Source: Malacoraja senta
Lineage: Eukaryota
Direction: 5' to 3'
Assembly: GCA_038087875.1 (NCBI GenBank)
Contig: CM075988.1
Coordinates: 16,556,001 to 16,620,000 of the forward strand
DNA length: 64,000 bases
Within the stretch, counting starts at the first letter, position 1. The number at the start of each line of letters is the position of its first letter. Both the position numbers and the translations under genes were made by a program. Below the pieces are notes generated by a model, which was not told where the DNA came from, did not search any database, and saw only the letters and a list, made by a program, of their open reading frames with translations. Below, one piece after another: positions 51,407 through 64,000 of the stretch.

Positions 51407-53665
51407 TCCTATCTTTCCTATCCATGAACCTGAACTAATGTCTCTTACATATCATAATTATCCTGCCTCTGCAGTTCCTCTGGCAGCCCGTTCCATATAC
51501 CCACCACCTTCAGTGTGCAAAGGTTGCCTCTCTGGCCCCTTTTAAATCTTTCTCCTCTCATCTTAAAACCTTAACCCCCATCTTAAACATATGCCCTCAA
51601 GTTTTAAACTCCCTTACCCTGGGGAAATAGACTGTGGCTATTTCAACTTATCTGTGTCCCTCATTATTTCATATACATCAATATGCTCTCCATTTTGGGA
51701 ATCATGAGCTCAACACAATCTAGGGCCTCTTTAGATCCAATCAGCCCATCCACTTGCCTGCTACCCCAACGTTGCTCATGAGTGCCTATGTGGCAAGGCA
51801 GCAGCAGAGGGGATGAGAGTGTGGGCGGCCTGTTTACATGTAGACTCCGACTGCAACCAATAGATCTACCACAGGGCAGCAGAGTGGTGCAGTAGTAAAG
51901 TTCAGTCTCACAGCATCATGGAACACAGAAACAGGCCCTTCAGCCCAACTCGTCCATGCTAACCATGATGCCCATCAATGCTAATCCCATTTGCCTGCAT
52001 TTAATCCATATCCTTTAAATTCAATGATACTTTATTGTTACATATACCTATGCACAGTGAAATCCTGTTTATGCATACCCACGATTGATCCTGACCTAGG
52101 GTGCTGTTGGTGTGGAGTTAGCACGTTCTCCCTATAACCGCATGGGTTTTGTCCGGGTGTTCCCGTTTCCTCCCACTTTCCAAAGACATGCAGGTTGGTA
52201 GGTTAATTGGGGACCCTAAAGTGCCCCGAGTGTATAGGATGTCGTAAATGGGATAATATGGACAATGTACAGATATACGGGTGATCACCGGTCGACATCC
52301 CTGTTTCCATGCTGTATCCCTAAACTAAACTAACAGAGGTCAAATGAAGCTGCACCATTATCCCAACATAGACACAAAAAGCTGGAGTAACTCAGCGGAC
52401 AGGCATCATCTCTAGAGAGATGGAAAGGGTGACGTTTCAGGTCGAGACCCTTCTTCAACCTGTCCCGCTGAGTTACTCCAGCTTTTTGTGTCTATCTTCG
52501 GTTTAAACCAGCATCTGCAGTTCCTTCCTACCATTATCCTAACATTTTTCATTCAAGAAGTAGAGCAGTAGGACTCTCTCCTCTGCAAACGGTGTTTACT
52601 TTAGATTTTAGACTTTGGAAATGCAGCGTGCAGACAGGCCATTCGGTTCACCGAATCTGCGCCGACCAGTGATCACCCCATACAACAGTATTATCTTACA
52701 CACTAAGGACAATTTACAATTTTACACAAGCTAATTAACCCACAAATATTTACATCTTTGGAGTGTGGGAGGAAACCAGAGCACCCGGAGAAAACCCATG
52801 CGGTCACGGGGAGAACGGACAAACTCCATACAGGCATCACCCGTAGTCAGGATCAAACCCAGGTCTCCAACGCTCTAAGGCAGCATATCTGGATCTTGTT
52901 GAATTAATGCTGGGTATCCTGACACCAGTGATGTTTTACTCAGGGATTTGCCTGACCTTGGAGCGCTGGACACAGATGCCTCAAAGCGAAGATAAGAAGG
53001 GTCTTGCCCTGAAACGTCACCCATTCCTTCTCTCCGGAGATGCTGCCTGAGTTACTCCAGCATTTTTGTCTATTTCCAATTCCAACCAATGGGTTGAACG
53101 GTGACCTTTTCCCACGGGTTGTAATTGGGGGTCGGTGACTGAGATCCTCAGTTGGGATCAAGATTCTCTCTGTGCTCAACTCTACCCACATTAACCACAA
53201 GTGATCGATGTCCAGATCTCAGTGATAAGTTCCACCCACAATGTCATGGAGAGACACAGCATAGAAACAGGCCCTTCTGCCCACTGAGTCCATACTGACC
53301 ATCACTCATCCATTTACACCAATCCTACATTTGTTGAATTTTTCATTCCTCCCACATTCTCATCAACTCCCCCTAGATTCCTCCACTCACCGACCCACTT
53401 GAGCCAATTTATAATGGCCAGTTAATCTATCAACCCGCACGTCTTTGGGATGTGTGAGAAATCTGGAGCACCTGGAGGAAACCCACGCGATCACAGGCAA
53501 ACATGCAAGCTCCATGCAGACAGCGCCTGATTCTAGATTGGACCTGGGTCTCTAGCACTGTGAGGCAGTGGCTCTCCTCGCTCTGGGCCTCTGTGCTTGG
53601 CATCTCCCAACGAGCACAAAAAGTATGAATGATAGCAGCCGCACAAAGATCATTTTGTATCTTAC

Positions 53666-53906
53666 CATCCTCGAGCGTTGTCGCGTTGATCTCGGAGGAA
53701 CTTGGACCGGTGCCAGCCCGGTTGAATGCCTGCACGACCACCCCATACTGAGCAAACTTCTTCAGGTTGTCCAGCGTGTATACCTCGCTGTACCCCGTGG
53801 CTTTCATCTCCACAATACTGTACTGCCCATTGCTTCCAGGGCCATTTTCCCGGTAGCCGATCTGGTAGCCTCGGATCACTCCATTCTGAAGCTCCTTCCT
53901 GGGTGC
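53666..53906 (-). CDS. DSCAML1: DSCAML1 coding exon (241 nt, phase 0 to 1)
   Basis: Acceptor tcttcag|GCA, donor G|gtaag. Encodes [80 protein letters not shown]. The [14 protein letters not shown] segment matches DSCAML1 rather than DSCAM as I recall them. Confidence 0.96.
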
Positions 53907-53982
53907 CTGAAGATCAAAACACAAGGCTTTTGGTTGTGCAGTGTAGTCCGAGGTCTCCATTATGAGACAGGGAAGGTAGTCA

Positions 53983-55075
53983 GAGCCACAGAGTCATGGA
54001 ACACAGAAACAGGCCCTTCAGCCCAACTTGTCCATGCTAACCATGATGCCCATCAATGCTAATCCCATTTGCCTGCATTGAATCCATATCCTTTCAATTC
54101 AATGATTCAATGATTCAATGATACTTTATTGTTACATATGCCTAGGTACAGTGAAAGCCTGTTTTTGCATACCATACAGAACGTACGCAAAGTGTCGCCA
54201 CGTATCTGGCGCTGACAAAGTTACTCGTTAGAGTCCCGATAGTCCCTCTTTGATCTCGCCCCCCCCCCCCCCCTCACTGGTTCCATCCCTGTTCTAGGCG
54301 GCCCGACTGCCTCTTCCCGTAAATCCTTTTCTGTCCATGTATCTATCCAAATGTTTTTTTAAATGTTGTTATCATACCAGCCCCAACCACTTCCTCTGGC
54401 AGCTTGCTTCATGTACATACTACCCTCTGTGCAAACAATGTGTGCCTCTGGACTCTTTTAAATCTCTCCCCTCTCACCTTAAACTTATACCCTCTAGTTT
54501 TAGACTCCTCTATCCTGGGAAAAAGATTGTAACCATCCACTTTGTCTACGCCCCTCATGATTTTATACAGCTCTATAAGGTCAACCTTCAACCTGCTGCA
54601 TACCAGGGGAAACAGTCCCACCTATCCATCTTCTCCCCATAACTCAGACTCTCCGTTCCCAGTAAAGGGCTTTTGAATCTATACTGCATTCCTACCAGCT
54701 CTGTGATATTCTTCCCACAGCTGAGTAACTGGATCTTCACATAATGCTCCAAGTGTGGTCTCACCATCGACTTGCTCAGTTGTGACATGACACCCCAACT
54801 CAAGGACTCAGTTCTCTGACCAATGAGGCCAAGCATGTAAGATGCCTCCTTCACCATCTTGTCTACCTGTGTAGCCACTTTCAGAGATCTGTGTACCTGC
54901 GCCCCGAGCTCACTCTGTTGTGTCATTATCTCCTGGGACACACCGTACCATTTACTGTGCAAGTCCCACCTTGGTTTACCTTACCAAAGTGCAACACCTA
55001 CCACTCCTACGATTTAAATCCTATCTTCCATTTCTTGGCCCATTTCTCCAGTTTATTTAGTTCCTGTTGTAATCT
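53983..55075 (-). mobile_element. Degenerate CR1 3' fragment with a secondary insertion at about 54095-54320
   Basis: VHRSLKVATQVDKMVK...VRPHLEH and LIELYKIMRGVDKVD remnants. Confidence 0.8.
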
Positions 55076-57079
55076 TTGATAAACTTCTCTGTATGTGTGT
55101 GCGACTGTGTGTTTGTGTGTACAGGGTGTGTTTGTGTGTGTGTATGTATTTCTGTGTGTGTACGTGTGTGCTTTTGTGTGTGTGTGTGTGTGTGTGTAAT
55201 AGAGGGGAATAATTTTATGCCCAGCAAGATCTTATTCAAAATCTCCCACTGAAAATTCCTGAAAACGAAAGCCATAAATCAGTGGGGACTGAGAAAAGAT
55301 GAAGAATTGGGTCGTGATTCTAACGTTCCACGGTGTGGGGGCAGAATTAATCCTATAAAGATTGAGAGAAGAGCAGGCAGTGTGATCCGATGTTCAATTT
55401 TACAATGCTTAATAAATTATTTTCCATTTACCTGCAAAAAATGGACATAAAACCTAAAAGAAACAATATCTTCTCACATAGAACAAATTGGGAAGTCAAT
55501 CTAATTGATAATGATGCTTTGTTTTAATGTATTGTAAAGCTGAATGCCACAGGCAACAGTGTTTGATGATAAATTCTTCTGTCCATGTTCATAATAGAAA
55601 CTTACTATGTGAAATTGTCACACGACAGTTAGATTCTCTTGCTATTATGGATTAGGCCCACACCTTTCCGGGTCAGTGGAGTACCTGTATCAGTTAGATG
55701 AAATCAAGAGGGATCTGCGTGAACCTAGTTTGAGTACTTTATGAAATCAGTTTAGTTTAGTTCAGAGAGACAGGGCAGAAACAGGCCCTTCGGCCCACTG
55801 ATTCCGCACCGACCAGTGATCCCTGTTCACCAGCACTATCCTACAATTTTTACTGAAGCCAATTAACCTACAAATGTGGGAGGAAATGTTGAAGCACCCG
55901 GGCAAAACCTACGCGGTCATGGGGAGAACTTACAAACTCCGTACAGACAAGCACGTGTGGTCGGGATTGCACCCGGGTTTCTGGCGTTGTTAGGCACTAA
56001 CCACTGCGCCTCCATGCCGTCAGTTGAAGAGATTTTTTTTCTTTGCTATTTAAATCACGGATACAAAACCTCCTCGTGGCTTCAATTGTCCAGTGGAATA
56101 TATGTAAATCTTTTCTGAACTGAGATGCTTTTCTTGAATGATCCATAGCCTCATAAGGAAGTTATATGTCCTCTGTATCCATTGGAATTCTATTAACAAT
56201 ATTTATTTTAGTTCAACTTTAAATTAAGAGGTACATATTATCCAGCGGGCACTCTCAAATAGCTACAGTTCCACATTTCTCTATTGATTTACCTTTATTT
56301 ATATGATCAAAATCTTACTAAAACACGCTTTGAGTTAATTATTAAGAGTTCTAAGGATTTCCTTTTATTGCCTCATTCTTTTTGGGAACAGCAATTCACT
56401 TTGTCATTCCTGCTTGCATTTTTTTTCCTGCTCTGGTTCCTTCCCCGACTTCCCCTGGCGTCCAAGAAAAACCATTGAAATGACTGCAGGCCCACTCTAG
56501 ACCTGACGCACTTCAGGCAAGGACTGTCTGGTTTTGCTCCCCAATGTATGCTGCCATCTCACTTTGGGCAAGAGTGCATCAGTATTGATGAGCCAAGAAT
56601 GTGAAAGCTCAGCGATTTGTCAACAGAGACTTGGTGGACGTCTCACTCCCGACTGAACCAAAGACTGAAGTCCTGCAGTTCATAGAGTCATGAAAGGTTA
56701 CGGCCTTGAAAACTGGTCTTTTGGCTCATTATGCTCATTATCCCCACCAAATAGAACAGATAAGGAGATTTTTGGATAGAAATGGACGTTAACCTTGTAA
56801 CTCCAAGCACCAAAAGGAGATTTTGAGGACTATTTCCAGTTCTTGGTCTGCAACCTTAATGGTTATCACAGTTCAATTTGTCTTCCAAAGATCTTCTTCA
56901 TGTTCTGGTGATTTCTGCCCAACAGCCTGCCAGGCAGTGACAATAACACCAACGCTTTCCTCCCCAATCTTCCCTCAGTTAGCTTAAATCCATTAGTTAT
57001 TGACCTCTCTGACAAAGAAAATAGGTCCTTCCAAAGATTTTCAAAATGTTATGCATCTCAATTAACTATCCTCTACTCT

Positions 57080-57335
57080 AAGGTAGACAAAAGTGCTGGG
57101 GAAACTCAGCGGGTGAGGCAGCATCTATGGAGCGAAGGAAATAGGCAACGTTTCGGCCCGAAACGTTGCCTATTTCCTTCAGTGTTTCGGCCCGAAACGT
57201 TGCCTATTTCCTTCAGTGTTTCGGCCCGAAACGTTGCCTATTTCCTTCGCTCCATAGATGCTGCCTCACCCGCTGAGTTTCTCCAGCATTTTAGTCTACC
57301 TTCGATTTTCCAGCATCTGCAGTTCCTTCTTGAAC
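57080..57335. repeat. Palindromic Penelope-derived repeat, second subfamily, with an internal 34-bp tandem triplication
   Basis: Inverted arms. Unit gtttcggcccgaaacgttgcctatttccttcagt starts at 57150, 57184 and 57218. Confidence 0.82.
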
Positions 57336-57410
57336 ATCCTCTACTCTAAACAACATAGCCTAGCCTCGATATTCTTATCCCACAACTAGTATTTTCCGCC
57401 TATGAGAACA

Positions 57411-57952
57411 TCCAAATCTGAGGAAGGACATTATAGCCATAGAGGGAGTGCAGAGAAGGTTCACCAGACTGATTCCTGGGATGTCAGGACTTTCATATGA
57501 AGAAAGACTGGATAGACTTGGCTTATACTCGCTAGAATTTAGGAGATTGAGAGGGGATCTTATAGAAACGTACAAAATTCTTATGGGGTTGGACAGGCTA
57601 GATGCAGGAAGATTGTTCCCGATGTTGGGGAAGTCCAGGACAAGGGGTCACAGCTTAAGGATAAGGGGGAAATCCTTTAGGACCGAGATGAGGAAAAACT
57701 TTTTCACACAGAGAGTGGTGAATCTCTGGAACTCTCTGCCACAGAGGGTAGTTGAGGCCAGTTCATTGGCTATATTTAAGAGGGAGTTAGATGTGGCCCT
57801 TGTGGCTAAGGGGATCAGGGGTATGGAGAGAAGGCAGGTACGGGATACTGAGTTGGATGATCAGCCATGATCATATTGAATGGCGGTGCAGGCTCGAAGG
57901 GCCGAATGGCCTACTCCTGCACCTATTTTCTATGTTTCTATGTATCTATGTA
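57411..57952 (+). mobile_element. CR1 3' fragment of the same subfamily as 25009-28206
   Basis: Aligns by eye with 27666-28206 with only a handful of substitutions and one 1-bp indel. Confidence 0.92.
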
Positions 57953-58929
57953 TCCACATGAAGACCATAAAAACATAAGATATGGAAACAGAAGTAGCCC
58001 GTTTAGCCTTGAGCTCCTGCTCTGCCATTTAATACTATTAAGTTGTCACTTTCCTCCGCTAGTTTCAAGTTTACGTCTATATTTATTGTAATCACAATAA
58101 TCACAATATGTTAACATTTAAATATATATCAACTGCTGAAAACTACATGGCCCTCTTGGGTACAGTTTTTCAAAAATGCATCGTCTATTTAAACACATTT
58201 CCTTTCATTTCGGTCCTGAATGGCCATTTTTTTTCTTCAAATTTCCATCATTTGAGAATTGCTTTAAACTTAAATTTAATTGTTGCGGCTTTTACCAATG
58301 TAAAACGCTGAAGATGCTTCCAAGAATAACATTACTGATGCTGGCCCTTCGGCCCAACTTGCCCATGCTGACCAGAATACCTAATCTACGCTAGTCCCAC
58401 CTGCCTGCATTTGGCCCATATCCCTCTAAACCTATCCTATCCATGTACCTGTCCAAATGTTTATTTTAATGTTGTGATGGTACCTGCCACAACTATGTCC
58501 TCTGGCAGCTCGTTCCATAAACCTACTACCCTTTGTGTAAAAAAACGTTGCCCCTCAGGTTCATATTAAATCTTTCTCCCCTCTCCTTAAACCTATGTCC
58601 TCTGGTCCTTGATTCCTCTACTCTGGGTAAAAGTCTGTGCATTTACCCAATCTATTCCCCTCATTAGAGGACTTGTGACTGGAAGGAACTTTGGTGCTTT
58701 CCCAGCTTTGACAGGATTTGAAACCACTGTTGGGGAAGTGCTCGGGCTTGCCTCCGATGCTTCACCTCTCCGCGGACCTGCCTCAAATTCTGTTTCTGGG
58801 TGATACAGACTCGCACCAGGGGAACACAAAAGAGGCAGGAAAGCATAGGAACTTGAGCTTACGTAGATGGAGAGAAATTGGCTGAAACCTTGTCACCAAG
58901 CACCAGCAATAGGTCGAGAATAAAATTAC

Positions 58930-59000
58930 CTTCCAGGTCACTCTAATGCTCTGAGATGTGATGGGCTCCAATATGACTTCCATGGGTGGGCCATCTGGAG
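58930..59000 (-). CDS. DSCAML1: DSCAML1 coding exon, first in window (71 nt, phase 1 to 0)
   Basis: Acceptor ctttcag|CT, donor AAG|gtaatt. Encodes (A)[23 protein letters not shown], an FN3 start as recalled from vertebrate DSCAML1 (APDGPPMDVTLQPVTSQSIQVTWK). Confidence 0.93.
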
Positions 59001-59429
59001 CTGAAAGAGAGGAAATGCAGATCCAATGTTAGATATATATGGATGGGACATTTCCATAGGGTCACTTGCCACCACTTCTTAAGCTTAAATAATTACTTGA
59101 TTTTTTCCATGGTAGATACATCCATGTTTTCAACTCACTGGAAAAATCACGTTGTCTATTAAATACAGGAGACGCATGAAGTGTACATGAGTCAAGAACA
59201 GCAGCAGCAGTGCCTCCACCTGGAAAACCAGAGGAAGTGGGTTCAAGTCCCAGCCAGGGTTTGCACTTCAATGTGGGACTCAAGGAACACTGCACTGTTG
59301 GAGATGCTGGGTTTCAAATGAGATGTGAAACCAAGGTGCCATCTGTTTGCTCAGGCGAATGGTGAAGAACATGGCTGTTTGTGGACATGCATAGTGTTCT
59401 CCTGGTGTACTCATTCCTTAACCTGCACC

Positions 59430-59752
59430 CACCGGTCACAGAGCAATAGAGTTGCTACCTTACAGTGCTTACAGCACCAGAGATCCGGGTTCGATCCTGA
59501 CTATGGGTGTTGTCTGTACGGAGTTTGTACATTCTCCCCGTAATCGCATGGGTTTTCTCCGAGAACTTCAGTTTCCTTCCATACTCCAAAGACGTACAGG
59601 TTTGTAAGTTAATTGTCTTGGTATAAATGTAAATTGTCCCTAGTGTGTGTAGGATAGTGTTAATGTGCGGGGATCGCTGGTCGGTGCGGACTCGGTGGGC
59701 CGAAGGGCCTGTTTCTGCGCTGTATCTCTAAACTAAACTAAACTAAACTAAA
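59430..59752 (+). mobile_element. tRNA-derived V-SINE (HE1-like); representative of about 20 copies
   Basis: tRNA-like head with B box gggttcgatcc, central ggagtttgtacattctcccc...tccaaagac domain and (CTAAA)n tail. Other copies start near 1365, 4897, 6259, 10095, 17620, 18700, 29705, 33628, 39095, 43256, 49220, 51875, 52600, 53255, 55750, 60445 and 63196. Confidence 0.8.
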
Positions 59753-62439
59753 CCCACAAAAACAAATGCTAGGTTATTTACCGCAACCTGGTGATTGAAT
59801 TTGCTTGTGTTAGGAGAGAGACTGAGTTTCAGGAGTGCACTAATGGTTGTGAAGTCCCCTGTGATACTCTGACAATATGAAATGTTCTTTAGATATGCAA
59901 GCCCTTTGCTTCTTAGTCTCAAACACAGCTCTAGAGTCTTATGGATAAAAATAAATCCAAATGGCATAAATCCAATGGTATTTGCCACTATTTTGTTCCC
60001 AAATTTTAAATTATGGTGAATAAATGTTCTTTCATTTTTGCATATCTCAACTATTGTCTTAGTTAATAAGAAGATTGTACAATAAGAGTAGAAATGTCGA
60101 GTAGTAGAGACATAGCTATAAGATCAGAGGAAGAGAGTTTAAAGGAGATGTGTGGTGCAAGTTATTTTATACACAGAGAATGGTTTAGATTAGAGATACA
60201 ACGCAGAAACAGGCCCTTCGGCCCACCGCGTCCGCGCTGACCAGCGATCCCCGCACATTAATGGTGGATTCCTGAAATGCGCTGTCACGGTGTGGTGGTG
60301 AAAGCAAATAGTGGTGTTTAAGAGGGATTTAGATAGACACATGAATATGCAGGGCAAGAGGGATATGGATCATGTGCAAGCATATGACATTTATTTTGGT
60401 ATCATGTTCAGCACAGACAATGTGGGCCAAAGGGCCTGCTTACTTGTTTAGTTTCGTTTTTTTTAGTTTAGAGATACAGCACGGAGACAGGCCCTTCGGC
60501 CCACTGAGTTCGCACCAACCAACTATCCCCGCACACTAACACATTCCTACACACACTGGGGACAATTTACATTTATACCAAGCCAATTAACCTACAAACC
60601 TGTACGTCTTTGGAGTGTGGGAGGAAACCGAAGATCTTGGAGGAAACCCACGCAGGTCATGGGGAGGATGTACAAACTCTGTACAGACAAGCGCTTGTGG
60701 ACAGGATCGAACCAGGGTCTCTGGCGCTGTCAGGCAGTAGCTCTACCGCTATACCACTGTGCTGCCCTGTGGTGTACGTTTCTATGTCCTATGTTCTATG
60801 ATGTTGCCCAAAGGTACACATGTTAATGAAGAACCTGTCTGCGGGTCGATAACCAGAGGGGCATCTACATCCACAGAACCAGTCTAAAGAGAAAGTCAGC
60901 CTCTTTGATAGAGTAGTCGGGGGAGAGTTAACAAAACTAAAGTGATTTAAAAGCGTTCAAATAATATAGTTAAACATATTTAAAATGATTGCCTTAATTT
61001 TATAGAACAATACAAAGGCAATTAGGGCGTTTAAACTATGTGAATAAAGGACAAAAGACGTGCTTTTTCATAGCTTGGACTGTCATTTGCCCTAGAGATC
61101 CAATTAACACAGTAATTCGGTTGCTCCATATTTTAGTGAAAGGAACGTTACGGGTTATTTACAGTTTAGCACTTACTGTCTTCGAGTGCTCACTTGGGGG
61201 ACTTCTGTATCAAACAACAAAGGTTCCCCCAGCAACCAAACTGTTGCCAATCAACAGAAGTGCCAAACAACCAATTGACGAAACCGCTTGTGACCATCAA
61301 AACAGAAACAAAGAATCAAGGCACCACAAGGTCACACGCAGTTGTATAACGCACATGGGCAAGTAATGGCGACCAATTTGGTCACCCTCTTATCCCAGGT
61401 TACGGTTTGAAGCCTACTTCAGGACCGGAATATTGTTGCACTGTCAATTAAAACTGCAGTGGCAATGTTCTCAATTACGAGTTTCAAAAGATATTCGGAC
61501 AGATATATGGACAGGAAGAGTTTAAAGGGATATGGGCCAAATACAGGCAAATGGGAGTAGCGCAGAATGCCAATTTGGTCGGCATGGATGTTTAGCCGAA
61601 GGGCCTGTTTCATGCTGTATAGCTCTATACCTCATTAACAATCATCTCTGCAGCTTTACCACAGATGAGACACTGTATTTGGCACCAGTGAATGGAGTTT
61701 TGCCTTAGAGTCAAGTAATTATGGGTTCCAGCAAATTCAGCATGAAGGTGTGAGCTGACACCTGGGAAGGACAGTGCGTGTGCTGTAATGCCAGAGGTGC
61801 CATCTTGGGACTACCTCAGGGGTGAAGGTGGCGAGAATTTCTTATTGGTAAGGCTGTAGATTTAGCATTGTCAACTTGAACCATTGGTTTTGATTGTCTT
61901 AGCCATTTTCTTACTGATACGCATTGCACCATCTTATTCTGACTTCCATTCACCCGAAGAAGGTCTGAAGAAGGGTCCCGACCCAAAACAGCATCTATCC
62001 ATGTCCTTCAGAGATGCTACCTGACCTGCTGAGTTACACCAGCACTTTGTGGGGTTTTTCTTTCGCTTTCATCTCTGCATTACTTCACAGTAGAACAGAT
62101 AAATGATCCCCAGTGACCTAGCCCATAATAATCCATCAAGCAACATTACTAAAAAAAATGATCATCTGGTTTTTATTCTTCAGCTTCTGGTCAGAACTTA
62201 CTGCACCCAAATTGGCTGATATATTTACTACATTCCAACTGTGACCGCACTTCAATGGCTGCAGAGAGCTTTGGTGCTAATAAAAAGCCCTGTCCTTCTC
62301 ACTCTCTGATCATTCCACTTCATTCTCAGTCCCACTTTCTAGCTTACTCCAAAACCTTTTATTAAAAAGATTTATTTCTTCTTCAATGCTTTATAGTCAT
62401 GAATTGCTTTTGAAATACCAAACAGAAACCCAGGAAACT

Positions 62440-62628
62440 GCAGTTGCTGGAAAATCGAAGGTACACAAAAATGCTGGAGAAACTCAGCGGGTGCAGCAGC
62501 ATCTATGGAGCGAAGGAAATAGGCAACGTTTCGGGCCGAAGAAGGGTTTCGGCCCGAAACGTTGCCCATTTCCTTCGCTCCATAGATGCTGCTGCACCCG
62601 CTGAGTTTCTCCAGCATTTTTGTGTACC
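62440..62628. repeat. Palindromic Penelope-derived repeat, second subfamily
   Basis: ggtacacaaaaatgctggagaaactcagcgggtgcagcagcatctatggagcgaaggaaat and its inverse. Single arms also occur at 17057-17154 and 63913-64000. Confidence 0.82.
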
Positions 62629-64000
62629 CAGGAAACATGTAACAGGTCAGTCAGCATCTGTGGATATTATTGATTATTAGTTATTTATCTGTGTGATATT
62701 ACATTTATGGGCCAGTTAAGATGCAGCTAGTCAGAATTTCATATTCTATTGCTAGTATATATGACAATTATGATCCTTGATTCTTGACTCAATCATCTTT
62801 CCTCGTGTGAAGTGGAATTTAATCCTTTTTAATGGAATACTAGTCCAAATGGGACCCGTTGGCTCCTGTTCCCTCAACGCGCAGTTGCAGGGTGGGGGGT
62901 GGGGGGGGTGGGGTGGGTGGCCTGCGGCGTCAAACACACACACACACACTAACCCCTCCCCCTTGATATTATATTAATATTACTCATTCGCTCCTTTTCC
63001 CCCATCCCCCGCCCTATCCACTCACGCATAGCCCCCAACTGCACAGCCGCAGCTGGAGAGGGAGGGGGGTAGAGAGGGAGGGCGAGTGGGTAGAGAGGGA
63101 GAGGGTGAGGGGGGTAGAGATTCTGCAAAATTATTAGCTCAAGCCTGTATCCTACCTCTGTCACATACATCCTGAAAGTTCAAATCTAAAACCAAGGCGG
63201 CATGGTGACGTAGGGGTAGAGCTACTGCCTTACAGCGCCAGAGACCTGGATTTGATCCTGACTATGGGTGCTTGTCTGTACGGAGTTTGTACATTCTCCC
63301 TGTGACCTGCAGAGGTTTTCTCCGAGATCCAAAGACGTTCAGGTTTGCAGGTTAATTGCTTGGTATAAATGTAAAATTGTCTCTCGTATGTGTAGGGTAG
63401 TGTTAATGTGCAGGAATTGCTGTTCGTTGCGGACTCAGTGGGAAAAAAACTGTTTCCGTGCTTAATCTCTAAACTAAGCTAAACTAAACTAAAAGTGGAA
63501 TATATGTGTCATGGCCCACGGATTCTGCTGCACTATTTGCTGTAGCCTATATCCTATCTCAGTCACATGCATCCTGAAAGTTAAACCATCAAGGAGTATA
63601 TTATAGTTGATATGACTTTCAATTCAAAATAGTCATTCCTATCACCTAGGATGATGGATTTAAGACAGTGGTTTACTAAGTCAAACACAGGAACTGGTTT
63701 ACAAGGAATAAGAAACTGGTTTACAGAGAAAGGCACAAAGCATTGGAGTAACCCAGCGGGTCGGGCAGCACCTCTGGACAACATGGATAGGTGACATTTC
63801 AGGTCAGGACTCAAGATGTCACCTATCTATGTTTAGCAGAGATGCTGCTGACCCAATATGTTACTCTCGCACTTTTTTTGGGGTTTAATAAGTCAATACA
63901 CTTTGGAAAGACGAAGGTAGACAAAAGTGCTGGAGAAACTCAGCGGGTGCGGCAGCATCTATGGAGCGAAGGAAATAGGCAACGTTTCGGGCCGAAGCCC

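Noticed and set aside
58593..58850. Minus-strand ORF after a pyrimidine tract as a possible alternative DSCAML1 exon
   Set aside because: No convincing donor, no FN3/Ig character, it runs into a CR1 fragment, and the flanking exons already join in phase.
7037..59000. Arthropod-style arrays of mutually exclusive Dscam exons
   Set aside because: Each exon was seen once and I found no duplicated variants.
7037..59000. Assignment to DSCAM instead of DSCAML1
   Set aside because: Diagnostic segments ([62 protein letters not shown]) match DSCAML1 as recalled. A BLASTP would confirm.

Overview
Eukaryotic, repeat-rich vertebrate DNA, most likely a cartilaginous fish such as a skate or ray (inferred from the repeat families, not proven). 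The minus strand carries six consecutive coding exons (909 nt, fibronectin type III region) of DSCAML1, all with GT-AG sites and consistent phases. The gene extends beyond both window ends. The 24.4-kb intron at 15074-39437 holds a structurally complete DIRS1-like tyrosine-recombinase retrotransposon (20751-28734, antisense to the gene). It has ITRs, an internal complementary region, gag, RT/RNaseH/methyltransferase-like and YR ORFs. It sits inside an old CR1 tail and is itself interrupted by a CR1 LINE with an intact 1022-codon ORF2. The introns also contain V-SINEs, CR1/L2/Rex1/L1 fragments, a Penelope GIY-YIG fragment, palindromic Penelope-derived repeats with hammerhead-ribozyme cores, MITEs and simple repeats. 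The most novel-looking signal is a set of splice sites in the DIRS element that would give gag, pol and the recombinase separate mRNAs. This is a hypothesis from sequence alone. Most short ORFs in the track are spurious or repeat-derived. Repeat boundaries are approximate unless stated.
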